Counted from the stretch's first letter, positions 30,432 through 43,033 are shown. The stretch is DNA of 64,000 nucleotides from Pseudomonadota bacterium (GCA_027320085.1 DAHVLZ010000019.1:1-64000); one strand, 5' to 3'. A program made the numbers and translations. The notes: generated by a model from the sequence alone, not told the origin.

Positions 30432-30818
30432 ATGCTGATCACGACTCTCAAGGCAAAAATCCACCGCGCACGCGTAACCGGGATTCATCCCGATTATGAG
30501 GGCTCCTGTGCCATTGACCAGACGCTTCTGGATGCGGCCGGCCTCCTCGAGTTTGAGCAGGTGCATCTCTACAACGTGAGCAACGGAGAGCGGCTGGTCA
30601 CCTACGCGATTGTTGCACCGGCCGGCAGCGGGACGATTTCATTGAATGGAGCGGCCGCGCACAAGGCAGCCGCCGGGGATCTCGTGATCATTGCGGCCTA
30701 TGCGGTCCTCACGGATACCGAAGCCCGCCGGTTCCGGCCGACCCTGGTGTATGTCGATACCGCAAACCATCTGGTCCGGGTGGGATCCGAAATCAAGCGG
30801 GCCGGGGCACCGGCCTGA
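30432..30818 (+). CDS. panD: Aspartate 1-decarboxylase
   Basis: KAKIHRA, YEGS cleavage site, [14 protein letters not shown]. Confidence 0.96.
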   Translation: MLITTLKAKIHRARVTGIHPDYEGSCAIDQTLLDAAGLLEFEQVHLYNVSNGERLVTYAIVAPAGSGTISLNGAAAHKAAAGDLVIIAAYAVLTDTEARRFRPTLVYVDTANHLVRVGSEIKRAGAPA

Positions 30819-30968
30819 ATGGCCCGGCGGGGGCGAGGCGAAATCGGGGCGAGCCCCGTGCTAGAATTCCAAGGAACCGCTTCCCCATACAACTGATCAA
30901 CCGCTTCCCGTCACAGGCTCCGGTCGGGGCTGGGTACGGCAGGCGGAGGTGAATGCGACCGACCGATT

Positions 30969-32159
30969 ATGATGTCCACGGCACTTCTCGCCCTCGCTGA
31001 CGGAAGTATTTTCGAGGGCCACTCCGTTGGACACGAAGGCCAAGCCACCGGCGAGACGGTTTTCAATACGGCCCTCACGGGGTACCAGGAAATCCTGACC
31101 GACCCCTCCTACTGGGGCCAGCTCGTGGTCCTCACCATGCCCCATGTGGGCAATGTGGGGGCTAACCGCGCTGACGAGGAAAGCACCGTTCCGGCGGCAG
31201 CGGGGGTGATCCTCCGTCACGCCAGCCGGTTTACGAGCAGCTGGCGGGCCGAGATCCCGCTCGAATCCTTTTTCCGGTCTCGTGGCATCGTCGCCATCGC
31301 CGGAATCGACACCCGCCGTCTGACCCGTCATCTGCGGGATCACGGCGCGCAAAATGGCTGTATCCTGACCGGCCCCGTGACGGAGCGGCAACGGGAACTG
31401 GCCGTGAGCACGGCCCGGGCTCTGCCTTCCATGGTAGGACAGGACCTCACCCCGGGCGTGACCCGCCCGAGCCCGGTTTCATGGACCCAGGGGATCTGGC
31501 ACCCGGCTGAAAAGCCCGTCTCGCCGGCCTCTCACCGGGGCCTTGGGCATCCCCATGTCCTGGTTTACGATTTCGGGGTCAAAAAGAATATTCTCGGCCT
31601 GCTTGTCGATCGCGGTTGCCGGGTGACGGTGGTCCCGGCGACGAGCCGGATCGAGGACGGGCTGGCGCTTCGACCAGATGGCGTTCTCTTCTCCAACGGT
31701 CCGGGAGATCCGGAAGCGATGGGACATGCGGTGACCACGGCGCGTGATTGGCTCACGCGCCGGGTGCCCTTTTTTGGCATCTGTCTCGGGCACCAGCTCC
31801 TGGGTTTGGCCAGTGGAGGCAGGACCGTCAAGATGAAGTTTGGACATCACGGGGCCAATCATCCGGTCATCGAGCTGGCCACGGGACGGGTCTGGATCAC
31901 GAGCCAGAACCATGGCTTTACGGTCGATGAAGCGTCACTGCCGGGCACGGTGCGGGTGACGCACCGTTCGCTCTTCGACGGTTCGTTGCAGGGTCTTGCT
32001 CGCACCGATGTGCCGGCCCTGGGATTCCAGGGACACCCGGAAGCCAGCCCCGGCCCACACGATGCGGCTGGCTTGTTTGACCAGTTCCTGGGACTCCTCA
32101 CGGGATCCGGCACGAATGCGGGGAACGGACGGGAAGGCACACATGCCCAGACGGACTGA
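30969..32159 (+). CDS. carA: Carbamoyl-phosphate synthase small subunit
   Basis: [35 protein letters not shown]. Confidence 0.97.
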   Translation: MMSTALLALADGSIFEGHSVGHEGQATGETVFNTALTGYQEILTDPSYWGQLVVLTMPHVGNVGANRADEESTVPAAAGVILRHASRFTSSWRAEIPLESFFRSRGIVAIAGIDTRRLTRHLRDHGAQNGCILTGPVTERQRELAVSTARALPSMVGQDLTPGVTRPSPVSWTQGIWHPAEKPVSPASHRGLGHPHVLVYDFGVKKNILGLLVDRGCRVTVVPATSRIEDGLALRPDGVLFSNGPGDPEAMGHAVTTARDWLTRRVPFFGICLGHQLLGLASGGRTVKMKFGHHGANHPVIELATGRVWITSQNHGFTVDEASLPGTVRVTHRSLFDGSLQGLARTDVPALGFQGHPEASPGPHDAAGLFDQFLGLLTGSGTNAGNGREGTHAQTD

Positions 32160-35100
32160 TCTCGAAAGCATTCTCGTGATCGGGGCTGGCCCGATTGTCA
32201 TCGGGCAGGCCTGTGAATTCGACTATTCGGGTACCCAGGCCCTGAAGGCGCTTCGGGAGGAGGGATACCGGGTCATTCTGGTCAATTCGAATCCGGCCAC
32301 GATCATGACCGATCCGGAGATCGCCGATGCCGTCTACATCGAGCCCATTCGATGGCCGACCCTCGCCCGGATCATTGAGCGCGAGCGGCCCTCCGCACTC
32401 CTGCCGACCATGGGCGGACAGACGGCGCTCAATACCGCCCTGGACCTTGTGCGTGAGGGCGTGCTGGGCGAGGCGGGCGTTGAACTCATAGGCGCCTCCC
32501 GTGCCGCGATCGATATTGCGGAGGACCGGGAGCGGTTCAAACGGGCCATGACGGAGATCGGTCTCCTCACCCCGCGTTCGGGCCTCGCCCATTCGCTCGA
32601 TGAGGCATTGGTCATCCAGAAAGAAATCGGATTTCCGACCGTGATCCGGCCGTCCTTTACGTTGGGGGGCTCGGGAGGAGGGATTGCCTACAACCGGGAG
32701 GAGTTCGTCGCGATTGCCGAGAGCGGTCTATCCCAGTCGCCGACAGGAGAAATCCTGGTTGAGGCCTCGCTGCTCGGGTGGAAGGAGTTCGAGCTCGAAG
32801 TGGTGCGGGACCGCCACGACAACTGCATTATCGTCTGCACCATCGAAAACCTGGACCCCATGGGCGTTCACACGGGAGACTCGATCACCGTGGCGCCAGC
32901 GCTCACCCTGACGGACAAGGAAGCGCAACGCCTGCGGGATGATGCCATCGCCGTCCTCCGCAAGGTCGGGGTGGAAACGGGTGGATCCAACGTCCAGTTC
33001 GCCATCCATCCCCGGACCGGCGAGATTCACGTCATCGAAATGAATCCCCGGGTCTCGCGTTCCTCGGCCCTGGCATCCAAGGCCACGGGCTTTCCGATCG
33101 CCCGCGTCGCGGCCAAGCTCGCGGTTGGCTATACCCTGGACGAACTCAAGAATGAGATTACCGCCGGGCGTACACCGGCCTCGTTCGAACCGACGATTGA
33201 TTACGTTGTGACCAAGATCCCCCGCTTTAATTTCGAGAAATTCCCCGAAGCGTCGGACCGGTTGTCGACCCAGATGCGCGCCGTGGGTGAGGTCATGGCA
33301 ATCGGGAGCACGTTCGCCGAATCCCTGCAGAAAGCCCTGCGGGGTCTTGAGATCGGGGACGACGGTCTCGTTCCACGGATGCCGGCCGGACCGCTGGGCC
33401 CTGACGAGCGGGAACGCCTGATCCGGGAATTGCGGGTTCCCGGTCCCGAGCGGCTGTGGTATGTGGCCGATGCCTTTCGCCAGGACTGGACGTGCGAGGA
33501 AGTCTCCGAGCTCACGGCGATCGATCCCTGGTTCCTCGATCAGATTTGTTCACTGGTGGCCGAGGAACGGCAAGTGGTCCAAGCCGGTCTTTCCAGCCTG
33601 GATGGAGAACGCTTGCGGGCCCTCAAACGCATGGGCTTTTCCGACAGCCGGCTGGCCCACCTCGTCGGATCCACGGAATCCGAGATCCGCCAACTGCGGA
33701 CCGCACGGGGCATCCGCCCGGTCTACAAGCGGGTCGATTCCTGTGCAGCCGAGTTCCCAACCGAGACCGCTTACCTCTACTCAACGTACGAGGAGGAATG
33801 CGAGGCCTGCCCGACCTCGCGGCCCAAGATCATGATCCTGGGCGGGGGACCCAACCGGATTGGACAAGGTATTGAGTTCGACTATTGCTGTGTTCACGCC
33901 GTCCAGGCATTGCGGGAGGAGGGCTTTGAGACCCTCATGGTGAATTGCAATCCGGAGACCGTCTCCACCGACTACGATGTGGCGGACCGGTTGTATTTTG
34001 AACCGCTGACGCTCGAGGATGTGCTCGCCATTATCGAGACCGAACGCCCGCTCGGCGTCATCGTCCAATACGGCGGGCAGACCCCGCTCAAGCTCGCTCT
34101 GCCGCTGGCCAAAGCCGGTGTGACCCTGCTCGGTACCCCGGCGGATTCCATCGACCTGTCCGAGGATCGCGAACGCTTCAAGCAACTGGTCGCCGAGGTG
34201 GAGCTCCGACAACCGGCCAACCGGACCGTCCGAACGGCCGGAGAGGCCCGAGGGGCGGCCGAGGCACTCGGATTTCCGTTGCTGGCCCGGCCCTCCTACG
34301 TGCTGGGCGGACGCGCGATGGAGGTGCTTTTCAAGTTTTCCGAGCTCGATGATTACATGGCGCGGGTCGAGCGAACTCCGCAGGCCCTGCCTGTCCTCTT
34401 GGACCGCTACCTCGATCACGCAACCGAGGTGGACGTGGATGCAGTCGCGGATGGGACGGATGTCCTGATCGGCGGCATCATGGAGCATGTGGAACAGGCT
34501 GGAGTTCATTCGGGAGATTCGGCCTGTTCACTGCCTCCCCACCACCTCTCCCCCGAACTCCAGGATGTGCTCCGGAAGCAAACCACGGCCTTGGCCCTCC
34601 GCCTGGGTGTACGGGGACTCATGAACGTCCAGTTTGCCGTTCAGGATGGTGAGATCTACCTGATTGAAGTCAACCCGCGTGCGTCACGGACCGTTCCCTT
34701 CGTTTCCAAGGCGACGGGGTTGCCCCTGGCGAAGATCGCGGCACGGGTCATGGCAGGCAAGTCCTTGGCCGAGTTGGGGGTCCGAAGTGCGACGTCTTCC
34801 CGGCACTACGCCGTCAAGATGCCGGTTTTCCCGTTCGTCAAGTTCCAGGGTGCTGATCCCATTCTCGGCCCGGAAATGAAATCAACCGGCGAGGTGATGG
34901 GTTTTGGCCGCCATTTTGCCGAGGCTTATGCGAAAGCACAACGCGCGGCCGGGGTCGAACCACCGGACGCCGGAACCGTTCTGATCTCGGTCCGGAACTC
35001 CGACAAATCGGCTGCCGTGGATCTTGCGCGTGGCCTGGCCGAACGGGGATTCAGCCTCATTGCCACCCGGGGAACCGCAACCACGCTCCAGGCGGCCGGA

Positions 35101-35373
35101 TTGTCCTGCCGGGCGGTCAACAAGGTACGCGAAGGACGACCGCACGTGGTGGATCTCATCATCGACGGGGACATTGATCTCATCGTGAATACCACCGAGG
35201 GTCGTGAGGCCATCGCGGAGTCGCGTTCCATCCGGCGGGAGGCTGTTCACCATAAAATCGCCTACTATACGAGCGTGGAGGCTGCGCATGCGATGCTGAC
35301 CGCCCGGATTCACCGTGGGGAGAATGCGGTCTGCCCGCTCCATTTGTGGCTTGATGATGGAGGTTCCCGTTGA
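32143..35373 (+). CDS. carB: Carbamoyl-phosphate synthase large subunit
   Basis: [36 protein letters not shown]. Confidence 0.97.
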   Translation: MPRRTDLESILVIGAGPIVIGQACEFDYSGTQALKALREEGYRVILVNSNPATIMTDPEIADAVYIEPIRWPTLARIIERERPSALLPTMGGQTALNTALDLVREGVLGEAGVELIGASRAAIDIAEDRERFKRAMTEIGLLTPRSGLAHSLDEALVIQKEIGFPTVIRPSFTLGGSGGGIAYNREEFVAIAESGLSQSPTGEILVEASLLGWKEFELEVVRDRHDNCIIVCTIENLDPMGVHTGDSITVAPALTLTDKEAQRLRDDAIAVLRKVGVETGGSNVQFAIHPRTGEIHVIEMNPRVSRSSALASKATGFPIARVAAKLAVGYTLDELKNEITAGRTPASFEPTIDYVVTKIPRFNFEKFPEASDRLSTQMRAVGEVMAIGSTFAESLQKALRGLEIGDDGLVPRMPAGPLGPDERERLIRELRVPGPERLWYVADAFRQDWTCEEVSELTAIDPWFLDQICSLVAEERQVVQAGLSSLDGERLRALKRMGFSDSRLAHLVGSTESEIRQLRTARGIRPVYKRVDSCAAEFPTETAYLYSTYEEECEACPTSRPKIMILGGGPNRIGQGIEFDYCCVHAVQALREEGFETLMVNCNPETVSTDYDVADRLYFEPLTLEDVLAIIETERPLGVIVQYGGQTPLKLALPLAKAGVTLLGTPADSIDLSEDRERFKQLVAEVELRQPANRTVRTAGEARGAAEALGFPLLARPSYVLGGRAMEVLFKFSELDDYMARVERTPQALPVLLDRYLDHATEVDVDAVADGTDVLIGGIMEHVEQAGVHSGDSACSLPPHHLSPELQDVLRKQTTALALRLGVRGLMNVQFAVQDGEIYLIEVNPRASRTVPFVSKATGLPLAKIAARVMAGKSLAELGVRSATSSRHYAVKMPVFPFVKFQGADPILGPEMKSTGEVMGFGRHFAEAYAKAQRAAGVEPPDAGTVLISVRNSDKSAAVDLARGLAERGFSLIATRGTATTLQAAGLSCRAVNKVREGRPHVVDLIIDGDIDLIVNTTEGREAIAESRSIRREAVHHKIAYYTSVEAAHAMLTARIHRGENAVCPLHLWLDDGGSR

Positions 35374-35864
35374 ATCCCCCAGGAGCACCGACCCGTTACC
35401 CGATGACGCAACGTGGAGCCGAGCGGTTGCGCGAGGAACTCAAGCGGCTCAAGGGAATCGAGCGTCCCCGCATCGTGGCAGCCATCGCCGAGGCGCGAGC
35501 GCATGGCGATCTTCGTGAAAATGCCGAATATCACGCCGCGCGCGAACAGCAAAGCTTTGTCGAGGGTCGAATCCGGGAAATCGAGGAGCGATTATCGAAT
35601 GCGGATGTCATCGATCTCCGGGACCGGGAGCCGGATGGCCGTGTGGTCTTTGGGGCAACCGTGATTGTCGAGGATACGGTCCGGCATGAACGGATCCGCT
35701 ATGAAATCGTGGGAGTCGATGAGGCGGAACTGGAACAGGGGCGGCTGTCCCACACCTCGCCCTTGGCCCGGGCCCTGATCGGCCGCGAGGAAGGGGACGC
35801 CGTGGAAGTGGTGGTTCCGGGAGGGATGCTTCATCTCGAGATCGTCGAGGTTCGCTACGAGTAG
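35370..35864 (+). CDS. greA: Transcription elongation factor GreA (start may be 35403)
   Basis: [28 protein letters not shown]. Confidence 0.95.
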   Translation: MNPPGAPTRYPMTQRGAERLREELKRLKGIERPRIVAAIAEARAHGDLRENAEYHAAREQQSFVEGRIREIEERLSNADVIDLRDREPDGRVVFGATVIVEDTVRHERIRYEIVGVDEAELEQGRLSHTSPLARALIGREEGDAVEVVVPGGMLHLEIVEVRYE

Positions 35865-35912
35865 GGGAGCCCGGGGGCTCACCGGGGCGGGTCATGGGAG
35901 TGCCCGTCTCCC

Positions 35913-36539
35913 ATGACCCGCCGTTCCACCCGCGGCTGGTTGTCGCGCCACCGGAAGGATCCCTATGTCCGCAAGGCCCGACAGGAAGGATTCCGGACCC
36001 GGGCCAGCTTCAAGCTCGCGGAGATCGATCGGCAAGAAAGGCTCGTCCCGGCCAGCGGGCTGGTTCTCGATCTCGGTGCGGCACCCGGAGGCTGGAGCCA
36101 GTACGTTCGCCGGCGCATGACGGGCGGAGGACGCCTTGTGGCCATTGATCGCCTGCCCCTGAGTCCGCTTCCCGGCGTGGAATCGCTCGTGGCTGATCTT
36201 GAGGATACGGACGGAGTGACCGGGCAACTTGAGACACTGGGTCTCGAGCGCGGCAGTGCAGCCCTCGTCCTGTCGGACATGGCACCCAACCTGACCGGTG
36301 ACCGCGTGGTCGACCAGGCCCACATGCTCACGCTCGGCCTGGCGGCGCTCGCTCTGGCCCGGATCTGGCTCGGGGCACGGGGCGCACTACTGATGAAATT
36401 CTTCCAGGGACCGGAGTGTGCCCACATGCAAAAGATGCTCGAAGAGGGCTTCGTTCGAGTCAAAATCCTGAAGCCCCAGGCCTCGCGCGCAGCGAGCGCC
36501 GAGCTCTACCTTTTGGCGCGGGATCCGCGCTTGGTGTAG
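35913..36539 (+). CDS. rlmE: 23S rRNA U2552 2'-O-methyltransferase
   Basis: RASFKL, DLGAAPGGWSQ, SDMAPN, K..ASR..S.E. Confidence 0.95.
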   Translation: MTRRSTRGWLSRHRKDPYVRKARQEGFRTRASFKLAEIDRQERLVPASGLVLDLGAAPGGWSQYVRRRMTGGGRLVAIDRLPLSPLPGVESLVADLEDTDGVTGQLETLGLERGSAALVLSDMAPNLTGDRVVDQAHMLTLGLAALALARIWLGARGALLMKFFQGPECAHMQKMLEEGFVRVKILKPQASRAASAELYLLARDPRLV

Positions 36540-36602
36540 GCTAATGGGGCTGAAGGAGTCGCCCCATGCGATCCGGGGATTCGGCAGCGGAGGTGAGTAG
36601 AC

Positions 36603-38525
36603 GTGAATGAACGGTTAAAGACGGCTTTGCTGTGGGCGCTGGTCTTGGCGGCCCTGTTTTTCTTTGTCATGCATTTCGGCCAGAGCCCGAAAACGACGCA
36701 GTCGATCACCTTCTCCCAGTTCATGCGGGACGTGCGTCACCATGACGTGACGGCCGTGACCCTGCAGGAGAGCCGGATCAGCGGCCAGTTGTCCTCGGGA
36801 ACCGCATTCGAGACCTATAACCCGCAGACCGACAATACCCAGCTCATCGCCGAACTCGATCGGGACCACATCCGCATCATCGGCAAACCCCCCCCTCAAC
36901 CCTCCTTTTTCATGACCTTTCTCGAGGATGTGCTGCCGTTCGTCCTCCTGCTGGGTCTTTGGTGGTGGCTCATGCGCAGCATGATGCAGGGAGCAGGTGG
37001 TCGGGGTGCCTTGTCCTTCGGTAAAAGCCGGGCCCGTCTCATGACAGAGGATCAGGTGCGGATCACCTTCAGTGATGTCGCCGGGGTCGACGAGGCCAAG
37101 TCGGAGGTCATGGAACTGGTTGATTTTCTGAAGGATCCGGGGAAGTTCCAGCGTTTGGGTGGACGCATTCCGCGGGGGGTCCTGCTGGTCGGTTCGCCGG
37201 GCACGGGCAAGACGCTCCTGGCCAAGGCCATCGCAGGCGAGGCCAAGGTGCCTTTCTTCAGTATCTCCGGGTCGGATTTCGTGGAGATGTTTGTCGGTGT
37301 CGGTGCCTCGCGGGTGCGCGACATGTTCGAACAGGCCAAAAAGCATGCTCCCTGCATTGTCTTTATTGATGAGATCGATGCGGTTGGCCGTCATCGCGGT
37401 GCCGGACTGGGTGGCGGACACGACGAACTCGAGCAGACCCTGAACCAGCTCCTCGTCGAAATGGATGGATTTTCGGGGAACGAAGGGGTGATCGTGATTG
37501 CTGCGACCAACCGTCCCGATGTGCTGGATCCGGCCCTGCTCCGGCCTGGCCGCTTCGACCGCCAGGTGATCGTTCCCCTGCCGGACGTCCGGGGGCGGGA
37601 GCAGATCGTCCGGGTGCACATGCGGCGCCTGCCGGTTGCCGATGATGTCCGTCCGGAAATCATCGCCCGCGGCACGCCCGGCTTTTCCGGCGCCGACCTC
37701 ATGAACCTCGTCAATGAGGCAGCCTTGATCGCGGCCCATAAGAACTCGCGATCGGTTGCCATGGCGGATTTCGAACGCGCCAAGGATAAGATCTTGATGG
37801 GGATCGAACGACGTTCGATGGTCATGAGCGAGAAAGAGAAACGGCTGACGGCCTATCACGAGGCCGGGCACGCCATTGTCGGGCTCAATGTTCCGGATCA
37901 TGATCCCGTCTACAAGGTCAGTATCATTCCCCGCGGCCGGGCCCTCGGGGTGACCATGTTTCTTCCCGAGACCGACCGCTACAGCTTGAGCAAGCAGCGT
38001 CTCGAGAGCCAGATCAGTAGCCTGTACGGAGGACGGATGGCGGAAGAGATCGTCTTTGGTCCGGACCAGGTCACCACGGGGGCGTCCAATGACATCGAGC
38101 GCGCCACCGAGATCGCCCGCAATATGGTCACCAAGTGGGGACTGTCGGACCGTCTGGGCCCACAGGCCTACAGCGAGGAGGAAGGCGAGGTGTTTTTGGG
38201 TCATGCGGTATCGCGACACAAGCAGGTTTCGGATGAGACGACCCACGTCATCGACGAGGAGGTGCGTACAATCATCGGCCGGAACTACGAGCGGGCCCGA
38301 GCGATTCTCATCAGCCATCGGGACCAGCTGGATCTCATGGCCGAGGCACTCGTCAAGTATGAGACCATCGATGACGCTCAAATCCGTGACATTCTCGCGG
38401 GCAAGGTTCCCCGCCCACCAGCGGGCTGGAATGATATGGGTGGTTCCCCGGCGGTTGCCACGCCGGTTCCTCCTGGAGGAGCACCCAAGGAAGGGACCAT
38501 CGGAGGTCCCGCCAGTCAGCACTGA
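36603..38525 (+). CDS. ftsH: ATP-dependent zinc metalloprotease FtsH
   Basis: Two TM segments, [34 protein letters not shown]. Confidence 0.97.
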   Translation: MNERLKTALLWALVLAALFFFVMHFGQSPKTTQSITFSQFMRDVRHHDVTAVTLQESRISGQLSSGTAFETYNPQTDNTQLIAELDRDHIRIIGKPPPQPSFFMTFLEDVLPFVLLLGLWWWLMRSMMQGAGGRGALSFGKSRARLMTEDQVRITFSDVAGVDEAKSEVMELVDFLKDPGKFQRLGGRIPRGVLLVGSPGTGKTLLAKAIAGEAKVPFFSISGSDFVEMFVGVGASRVRDMFEQAKKHAPCIVFIDEIDAVGRHRGAGLGGGHDELEQTLNQLLVEMDGFSGNEGVIVIAATNRPDVLDPALLRPGRFDRQVIVPLPDVRGREQIVRVHMRRLPVADDVRPEIIARGTPGFSGADLMNLVNEAALIAAHKNSRSVAMADFERAKDKILMGIERRSMVMSEKEKRLTAYHEAGHAIVGLNVPDHDPVYKVSIIPRGRALGVTMFLPETDRYSLSKQRLESQISSLYGGRMAEEIVFGPDQVTTGASNDIERATEIARNMVTKWGLSDRLGPQAYSEEEGEVFLGHAVSRHKQVSDETTHVIDEEVRTIIGRNYERARAILISHRDQLDLMAEALVKYETIDDAQIRDILAGKVPRPPAGWNDMGGSPAVATPVPPGGAPKEGTIGGPASQH

Positions 38526-38534
38526 TCGCATCCG

Positions 38535-39365
38535 ATGCGCTGGGCGACACTGGATTGCTCCCGACCGCGGATCGTGGGGATCCTTAATGTCACGCCCGAC
38601 TCCTTTTATGACGGTGGGAAAAACCGGACCGTAGAAGCGGCCTGTCGACGGGCGGCCGACCTGGTCGAACAGGGGGCGGATTTTATCGAGATCGGAGGTG
38701 AGTCGACCCGACCGGGAGCACAGCCGGTGTCCCTCGAGGAGGAGCGGGGACGGGTGATTCCGGTTGTGCGAGCGCTGGTCTCCCGGGGGATCCCACTGAT
38801 CGTGGATACCAGCCAGCCGGCCCTGATGGCCGAGGCCATTGAGTCTGGGGTGATTGCGATCAACGATGTCCGGGCCCTGGAACGGCCGGGGGCGTGCGAG
38901 ATCGTCGCCCGGAGCGGGGTCGCGGTTTGCCTCATGCACATGCAGGGTACTCCGCCCACGATGCAGGAAGCCCCGGCTTATGGAGAGGTTGTGGCCGAGG
39001 TACGGTCTGCACTCATCGGTTTTGTCGAGCGGGCGCAGGCAGCCGGCGTCGAAAATGACCAGATCGCCATTGATCCGGGGTTCGGGTTTGGAAAAACACC
39101 CGCCCACAACCTGACCCTCCTGCGCAAGCTTCGGACTTTTGTCGGACTGGGATTCCCCCTCATGGTGGGGCTATCCCGGAAGTCGTTGATTGGCCATCTC
39201 ACCGGACGCCCCTTGGATGAACGCCTGGCGGGCAGTGTGGCCGCCGCGCTCATGGCACTCGAGGCGGGGGCTCGTCTCATCCGCGTTCATGATGTGGCCG
39301 AAACTCGGGATGCGATCCGTATTTGGGAGGCGATACATGACGACGAGCCCTCGGCTGCCGCCTGA
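38535..39365 (+). CDS. folP: Dihydropteroate synthase
   Basis: GILNVTPDSF, GGESTRPG, DPGFGFGK, SRKS, RVHDV. Confidence 0.96.
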   Translation: MRWATLDCSRPRIVGILNVTPDSFYDGGKNRTVEAACRRAADLVEQGADFIEIGGESTRPGAQPVSLEEERGRVIPVVRALVSRGIPLIVDTSQPALMAEAIESGVIAINDVRALERPGACEIVARSGVAVCLMHMQGTPPTMQEAPAYGEVVAEVRSALIGFVERAQAAGVENDQIAIDPGFGFGKTPAHNLTLLRKLRTFVGLGFPLMVGLSRKSLIGHLTGRPLDERLAGSVAAALMALEAGARLIRVHDVAETRDAIRIWEAIHDDEPSAAA

Positions 39366-40758
39366 ATCGCCCCGGCCCAAGGATACAGCGGGCAAACCGG
39401 GTAGTCGGGCCGGGCACCTGTTTGGAACCGATGGCATCCGCGGGCGTGTCGGGCTCGAGCCCATGATACCCGAGACGGTGCTCAGGCTGGGCTGGGCCGC
39501 CGGCCGCGTCCTCGCCTCAAGGGACCGGACCGGTCGTGGGGTCGTGATCGGCAAGGATACCCGCAACTCGGGTTACCTGTTCGAGTCGGCACTGGAGGCG
39601 GGTCTCTCTGCCGCAGGGGTATCGGTTTTCTTGCTGGGTCCGTTTCCCACCCCGGGTGTATCCTTTGCCACGAACCGGCTCGGGGGGGCTGCGGGAATCG
39701 TCATCAGCGCTTCCCATAACCCCTACATCGACAACGGCATCAAATTTTTTGGTCCGGATGGCAAGAAACTCCCGGATGCCGTCGAACAGGCCATCGAGGC
39801 CCAGCTGGCTGAGCCCTTGGTTCCGGTTCCCGTCGCCGAGCTGGGGCAGGTCCGGAGACCCGAGGGAATCCGGGAGGACTACCTGGATTTCTGCTGTGCG
39901 TCACTACCGGACGGGATGGTCCTTCAGGGGCTCACCTTGGTTGTCGATTGCGCCCATGGGGCGACCTACCGGCTGGCGCCCGCACTTTTTGAGCGCTTGG
40001 GAGCACGGGTGATCGCTCTGGGTGTCCAACCGGATGGACTGAATATCAATGCGGGTGTAGGTTCTCTCCACCCGGAAATCCTGTCTCAAACCGTGCGTCG
40101 CGAGGGTGCAGACTGTGGCATCGCCTTTGACGGTGATGGCGATCGGGTCATTTTTGTCGACCCCAGGGGTGAGATCGTCGATGGAGACGGGCTGCTATAT
40201 GTACTCGCCATGGATCGGTTGGAAGAGCGCCGGCTCGAGGGTCCGGTGGTGGGAACCCTCATGAGCAATCTCGGACTGGAAGAGAGCTTGGGCCGTCACG
40301 GAATTCGGTTCTGCCGCAGTGCCGTGGGAGACCGTCATGTTTTGGCATGCCTGGAGCGGGAGGGAGGGGTGCTGGGCGGCGAAAGCTCGGGACACCTCAT
40401 CCATCTTGATCTCGCGCCGGCGGGAGATGGGCTGCTTTCGGCCCTGCAGGTCCTGCGTGCCATGTGGCGGCAGGGGCGGGGGCTCGACGAGTTGTGCCGG
40501 AATCTCCACCGTTATCCCCAGAGGATGGTCAACGTGCCGTGGCCGAAGGGCGTTCCGGTTCCGACCGAATCGATCCTGGGTCCCGATTACGAGCGTGCCC
40601 GCGGTTTTATTGGAGAACCGTCCCGGATCCTGATCCGTCCTTCCGGCACGGAGTCGGTTGTGCGGATCCTGGTCGAGGGCGGGGATGGACGGGGACTCGA
40701 GCCGGCCCTCACCCACCTGGTCGGGCGCCTGTGTGATCTTCGGGATCAGGCCTCATGA
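39337..40758 (+). CDS. glmM: Phosphoglucosamine mutase
   Basis: FGTDGIRG, ISASHNP, DGDGDR, GGESSGH, RPSGTE. Confidence 0.96.
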   Translation: MTTSPRLPPESPRPKDTAGKPGSRAGHLFGTDGIRGRVGLEPMIPETVLRLGWAAGRVLASRDRTGRGVVIGKDTRNSGYLFESALEAGLSAAGVSVFLLGPFPTPGVSFATNRLGGAAGIVISASHNPYIDNGIKFFGPDGKKLPDAVEQAIEAQLAEPLVPVPVAELGQVRRPEGIREDYLDFCCASLPDGMVLQGLTLVVDCAHGATYRLAPALFERLGARVIALGVQPDGLNINAGVGSLHPEILSQTVRREGADCGIAFDGDGDRVIFVDPRGEIVDGDGLLYVLAMDRLEERRLEGPVVGTLMSNLGLEESLGRHGIRFCRSAVGDRHVLACLEREGGVLGGESSGHLIHLDLAPAGDGLLSALQVLRAMWRQGRGLDELCRNLHRYPQRMVNVPWPKGVPVPTESILGPDYERARGFIGEPSRILIRPSGTESVVRILVEGGDGRGLEPALTHLVGRLCDLRDQAS

Positions 40759-41540
40759 CCCCGGGCCATCCACGCCGTCGCAAGGTGATGATCGCCAACT
40801 GGAAACTCAATGGATCCGCAGAAAGTGTTGGGACCTGGATCGAGACCATGAGCCCACTCGCCGAAGAGGGGGTATTGGACATTATTTTGATGCCGCCTGC
40901 GCTTTGGATGGAACGGGCCCGGACGCAGCTGGCCCGTCATCCATCCCGTTTGATGCTGGGTGCCCAGAATGTCGCCGCCTGGGAACAGGGAGCCTATACC
41001 GGAGAGATCAGTGCCCACATGCTGGCCGAGGCCGGGGCCCGCTATGCCTTGGTCGGGCATTCGGAGCGACGGCTGCTTTTTGGCGAAACGGACGACGTGG
41101 TGTCCCAGAAACTGGCTCGCTGCCGGACGGCCGGGTTGTCTCCGGTTCTCTGTATTGGGGAGACCGGGCGCGAGCGGGAGGCAGCTGAGACCGACTGTGT
41201 GCTGAAACGCCAACTGGGGGCCGTGGAGGGCTGGGTCCCGCCGTCTCCGGGAAACCCCTTGTGGATTGCCTATGAACCGGTCTGGTCGATCGGTACGGGT
41301 CGGGCGGCCACCCCGGACCTGGTCGCGGCGGTTTTGGCCGGGATCCATAGCCATTGGGCTGGACTCAATGCTACAATTCACGATCGGCCCCGGCTTCTTT
41401 ATGGGGGCAGTGTCAGTTTGGCCAATGCGGCTTCGCTCATTGCCTTGGAAGCGGTCGATGGGCTTCTCGTCGGTGGCTCGTCAGTCAATCCCGAATCCTG
41501 TGCCGACTTGTGTCGGTCCATGATCCGGGCCCTGGATTGA
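40755..41540 (+). CDS. tpiA: Triosephosphate isomerase
   Basis: NWK, GHSERR, AYEPVWSIGTG, YGGSV. Confidence 0.95.
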   Translation: MTPGHPRRRKVMIANWKLNGSAESVGTWIETMSPLAEEGVLDIILMPPALWMERARTQLARHPSRLMLGAQNVAAWEQGAYTGEISAHMLAEAGARYALVGHSERRLLFGETDDVVSQKLARCRTAGLSPVLCIGETGREREAAETDCVLKRQLGAVEGWVPPSPGNPLWIAYEPVWSIGTGRAATPDLVAAVLAGIHSHWAGLNATIHDRPRLLYGGSVSLANAASLIALEAVDGLLVGGSSVNPESCADLCRSMIRALD

Positions 41541-41575
41541 GCCCTCGAACAATTATCTGGGGGGACCCGTTTGCG

Positions 41576-41977
41576 ATGCTCCTGAAATTGCTGACAGCCT
41601 TTCAGTTTATCCTGGCGATCGTCCTGCTCGTCAGCATTTTGTTGCAGCACGGGAAAGGTGCTGATGCCGGTGCGGGGTTCGGGTCAGGAGCTTCGGGGAC
41701 GGTGTTCGGTGCCCGTGGGGCGGCGAACTTTCTGAGCCGTACAACAGCCATTGCGGCCCTGCTCTTCTTTGCCAACTGTGTGGCACTGACTTACTTGACC
41801 CAGTCGACGGGACCTTCGGCGCAGAGCCTGGTCCTGGGTGCGAAATCCCACCATCCCGTCCCCGCACGGGTCCCGCTCCCTGCGACCCCCAAGCCGGCAC
41901 CTGTGAAACCCTCGACCCCGTTACCGGTTCCGCACCGGGCAAAGCCGGCGTTGCCCGCGGGAGGTCCAGGTCGCTGA
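41576..41977 (+). CDS. secG: Preprotein translocase subunit SecG
   Basis: LLQHGKGADAGAGFGSGASGTVFG...LSRTT; Pro-rich tail. Confidence 0.95.
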   Translation: MLLKLLTAFQFILAIVLLVSILLQHGKGADAGAGFGSGASGTVFGARGAANFLSRTTAIAALLFFANCVALTYLTQSTGPSAQSLVLGAKSHHPVPARVPLPATPKPAPVKPSTPLPVPHRAKPALPAGGPGR

Positions 41978-41984
41978 CCGTTTG

Positions 41985-42069
41985 GCCGACGTGGTGGAAT
42001 TGGTAGACACGCCGTCTTGAGGGGGCGGTGGCGAAAGCCGTGTGAGTTCGAGTCTCACCGTCGGCACCA
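41985..42069 (+). tRNA. tRNA-Leu(GAG)
   Basis: GCCGACG acceptor stem, CCGTC-TTGAGGG-GGCGG anticodon arm, long variable arm, encoded CCA. Confidence 0.95.
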
Positions 42070-42182
42070 GAATAGAACCCGTGAATCATAAAACCGGTCG
42101 AGCGGGGCCGGAATCGGGAAAACAAAACGTCCGGGTTCGGTTAAAATAACGGGCGAACCCAGGGTTCCCGCGGCTGGATTCC

Positions 42183-42539
42183 ATGTTGCCCAACTACCTC
42201 ACCGTTCTCGTTTATCTCTTGGTCGGCATCGTGATCGGCGGGGCGCTTCTCACGCTCGGCTTCCTGCTGGGTCCCAGACAGCCGGATGCCACCAAAGTCC
42301 AGCCCTACGAGTGCGGATTCGAGGCCTTTGAAGATGCCCGCATGAAATTCGAGGTGCGTTACTACCTCGTGGCCATTCTTTTCATCCTGTTTGATCTTGA
42401 GATTACCTTTCTATTTCCCTGGGCTGTGGCGCTGCGGCGGATCGGTTGGCCGGGATTCGGAGCCATGATGTTGTTTCTCCTCGTGCTGGTCGTGGGATTC
42501 CTCTACGAGTGGGGCAAAGGAGGGCTCGAATGGGAATGA
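42183..42539 (+). CDS. nuoA: NADH-quinone oxidoreductase subunit A
   Basis: [23 protein letters not shown]. Confidence 0.96.
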   Translation: MLPNYLTVLVYLLVGIVIGGALLTLGFLLGPRQPDATKVQPYECGFEAFEDARMKFEVRYYLVAILFILFDLEITFLFPWAVALRRIGWPGFGAMMLFLLVLVVGFLYEWGKGGLEWE

Positions 42540-43033
42540 GCGCAGAGCCGCTGCCGCCCCCTCTCGCGGGATTCGGCAGCCAGGGTTACGCCACGACCAC
42601 GCTTGATGCATTGATCAACTGGGCTCGTACCGGCTCGCTCTGGCCCATGACTTTCGGACTCGCTTGCTGTGCGGTCGAGATGATGCATGCGGGTGCCTCC
42701 CGTTACGATCTCGACCAGTTCGGAGTGATTTTCAGGCCGAGCCCCCGCCAGTCTGATGTCATGATCGTGGCCGGGACCCTGGTGAACAAGATGGCGCCTG
42801 CGCTCCGCCGCCTCTATGACCTGATGCCCGAACCGAAATGGGTCATTTCAATGGGCTCATGTGCCAATGGAGGCGGCTATTACCACTATTCCTACTCCGT
42901 GGTCCGAGGTTGCGACCGGATCATTCCGGTTGATGTCTATGTGCCGGGATGTCCTCCCACTGCCGAAGCCCTGATCTACGGCATCCTGCAGCTCCAAAGG
43001 AAGATCCGGCGCCAAAAAGCGCCGATTGGTTGA
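42530..43033 (+). CDS. nuoB: NADH-quinone oxidoreductase subunit B
   Basis: [25 protein letters not shown]. Confidence 0.96.
   Translation: MGMSAEPLPPPLAGFGSQGYATTTLDALINWARTGSLWPMTFGLACCAVEMMHAGASRYDLDQFGVIFRPSPRQSDVMIVAGTLVNKMAPALRRLYDLMPEPKWVISMGSCANGGGYYHYSYSVVRGCDRIIPVDVYVPGCPPTAEALIYGILQLQRKIRRQKAPIG

Noticed and set aside
36615-39107. 830-aa minus-strand ORF, and similar long antisense ORFs over ileS, metH, ggt, nuoF and nuoG
   Set aside because: Shadow frames of GC-rich genes with no recognisable motifs.
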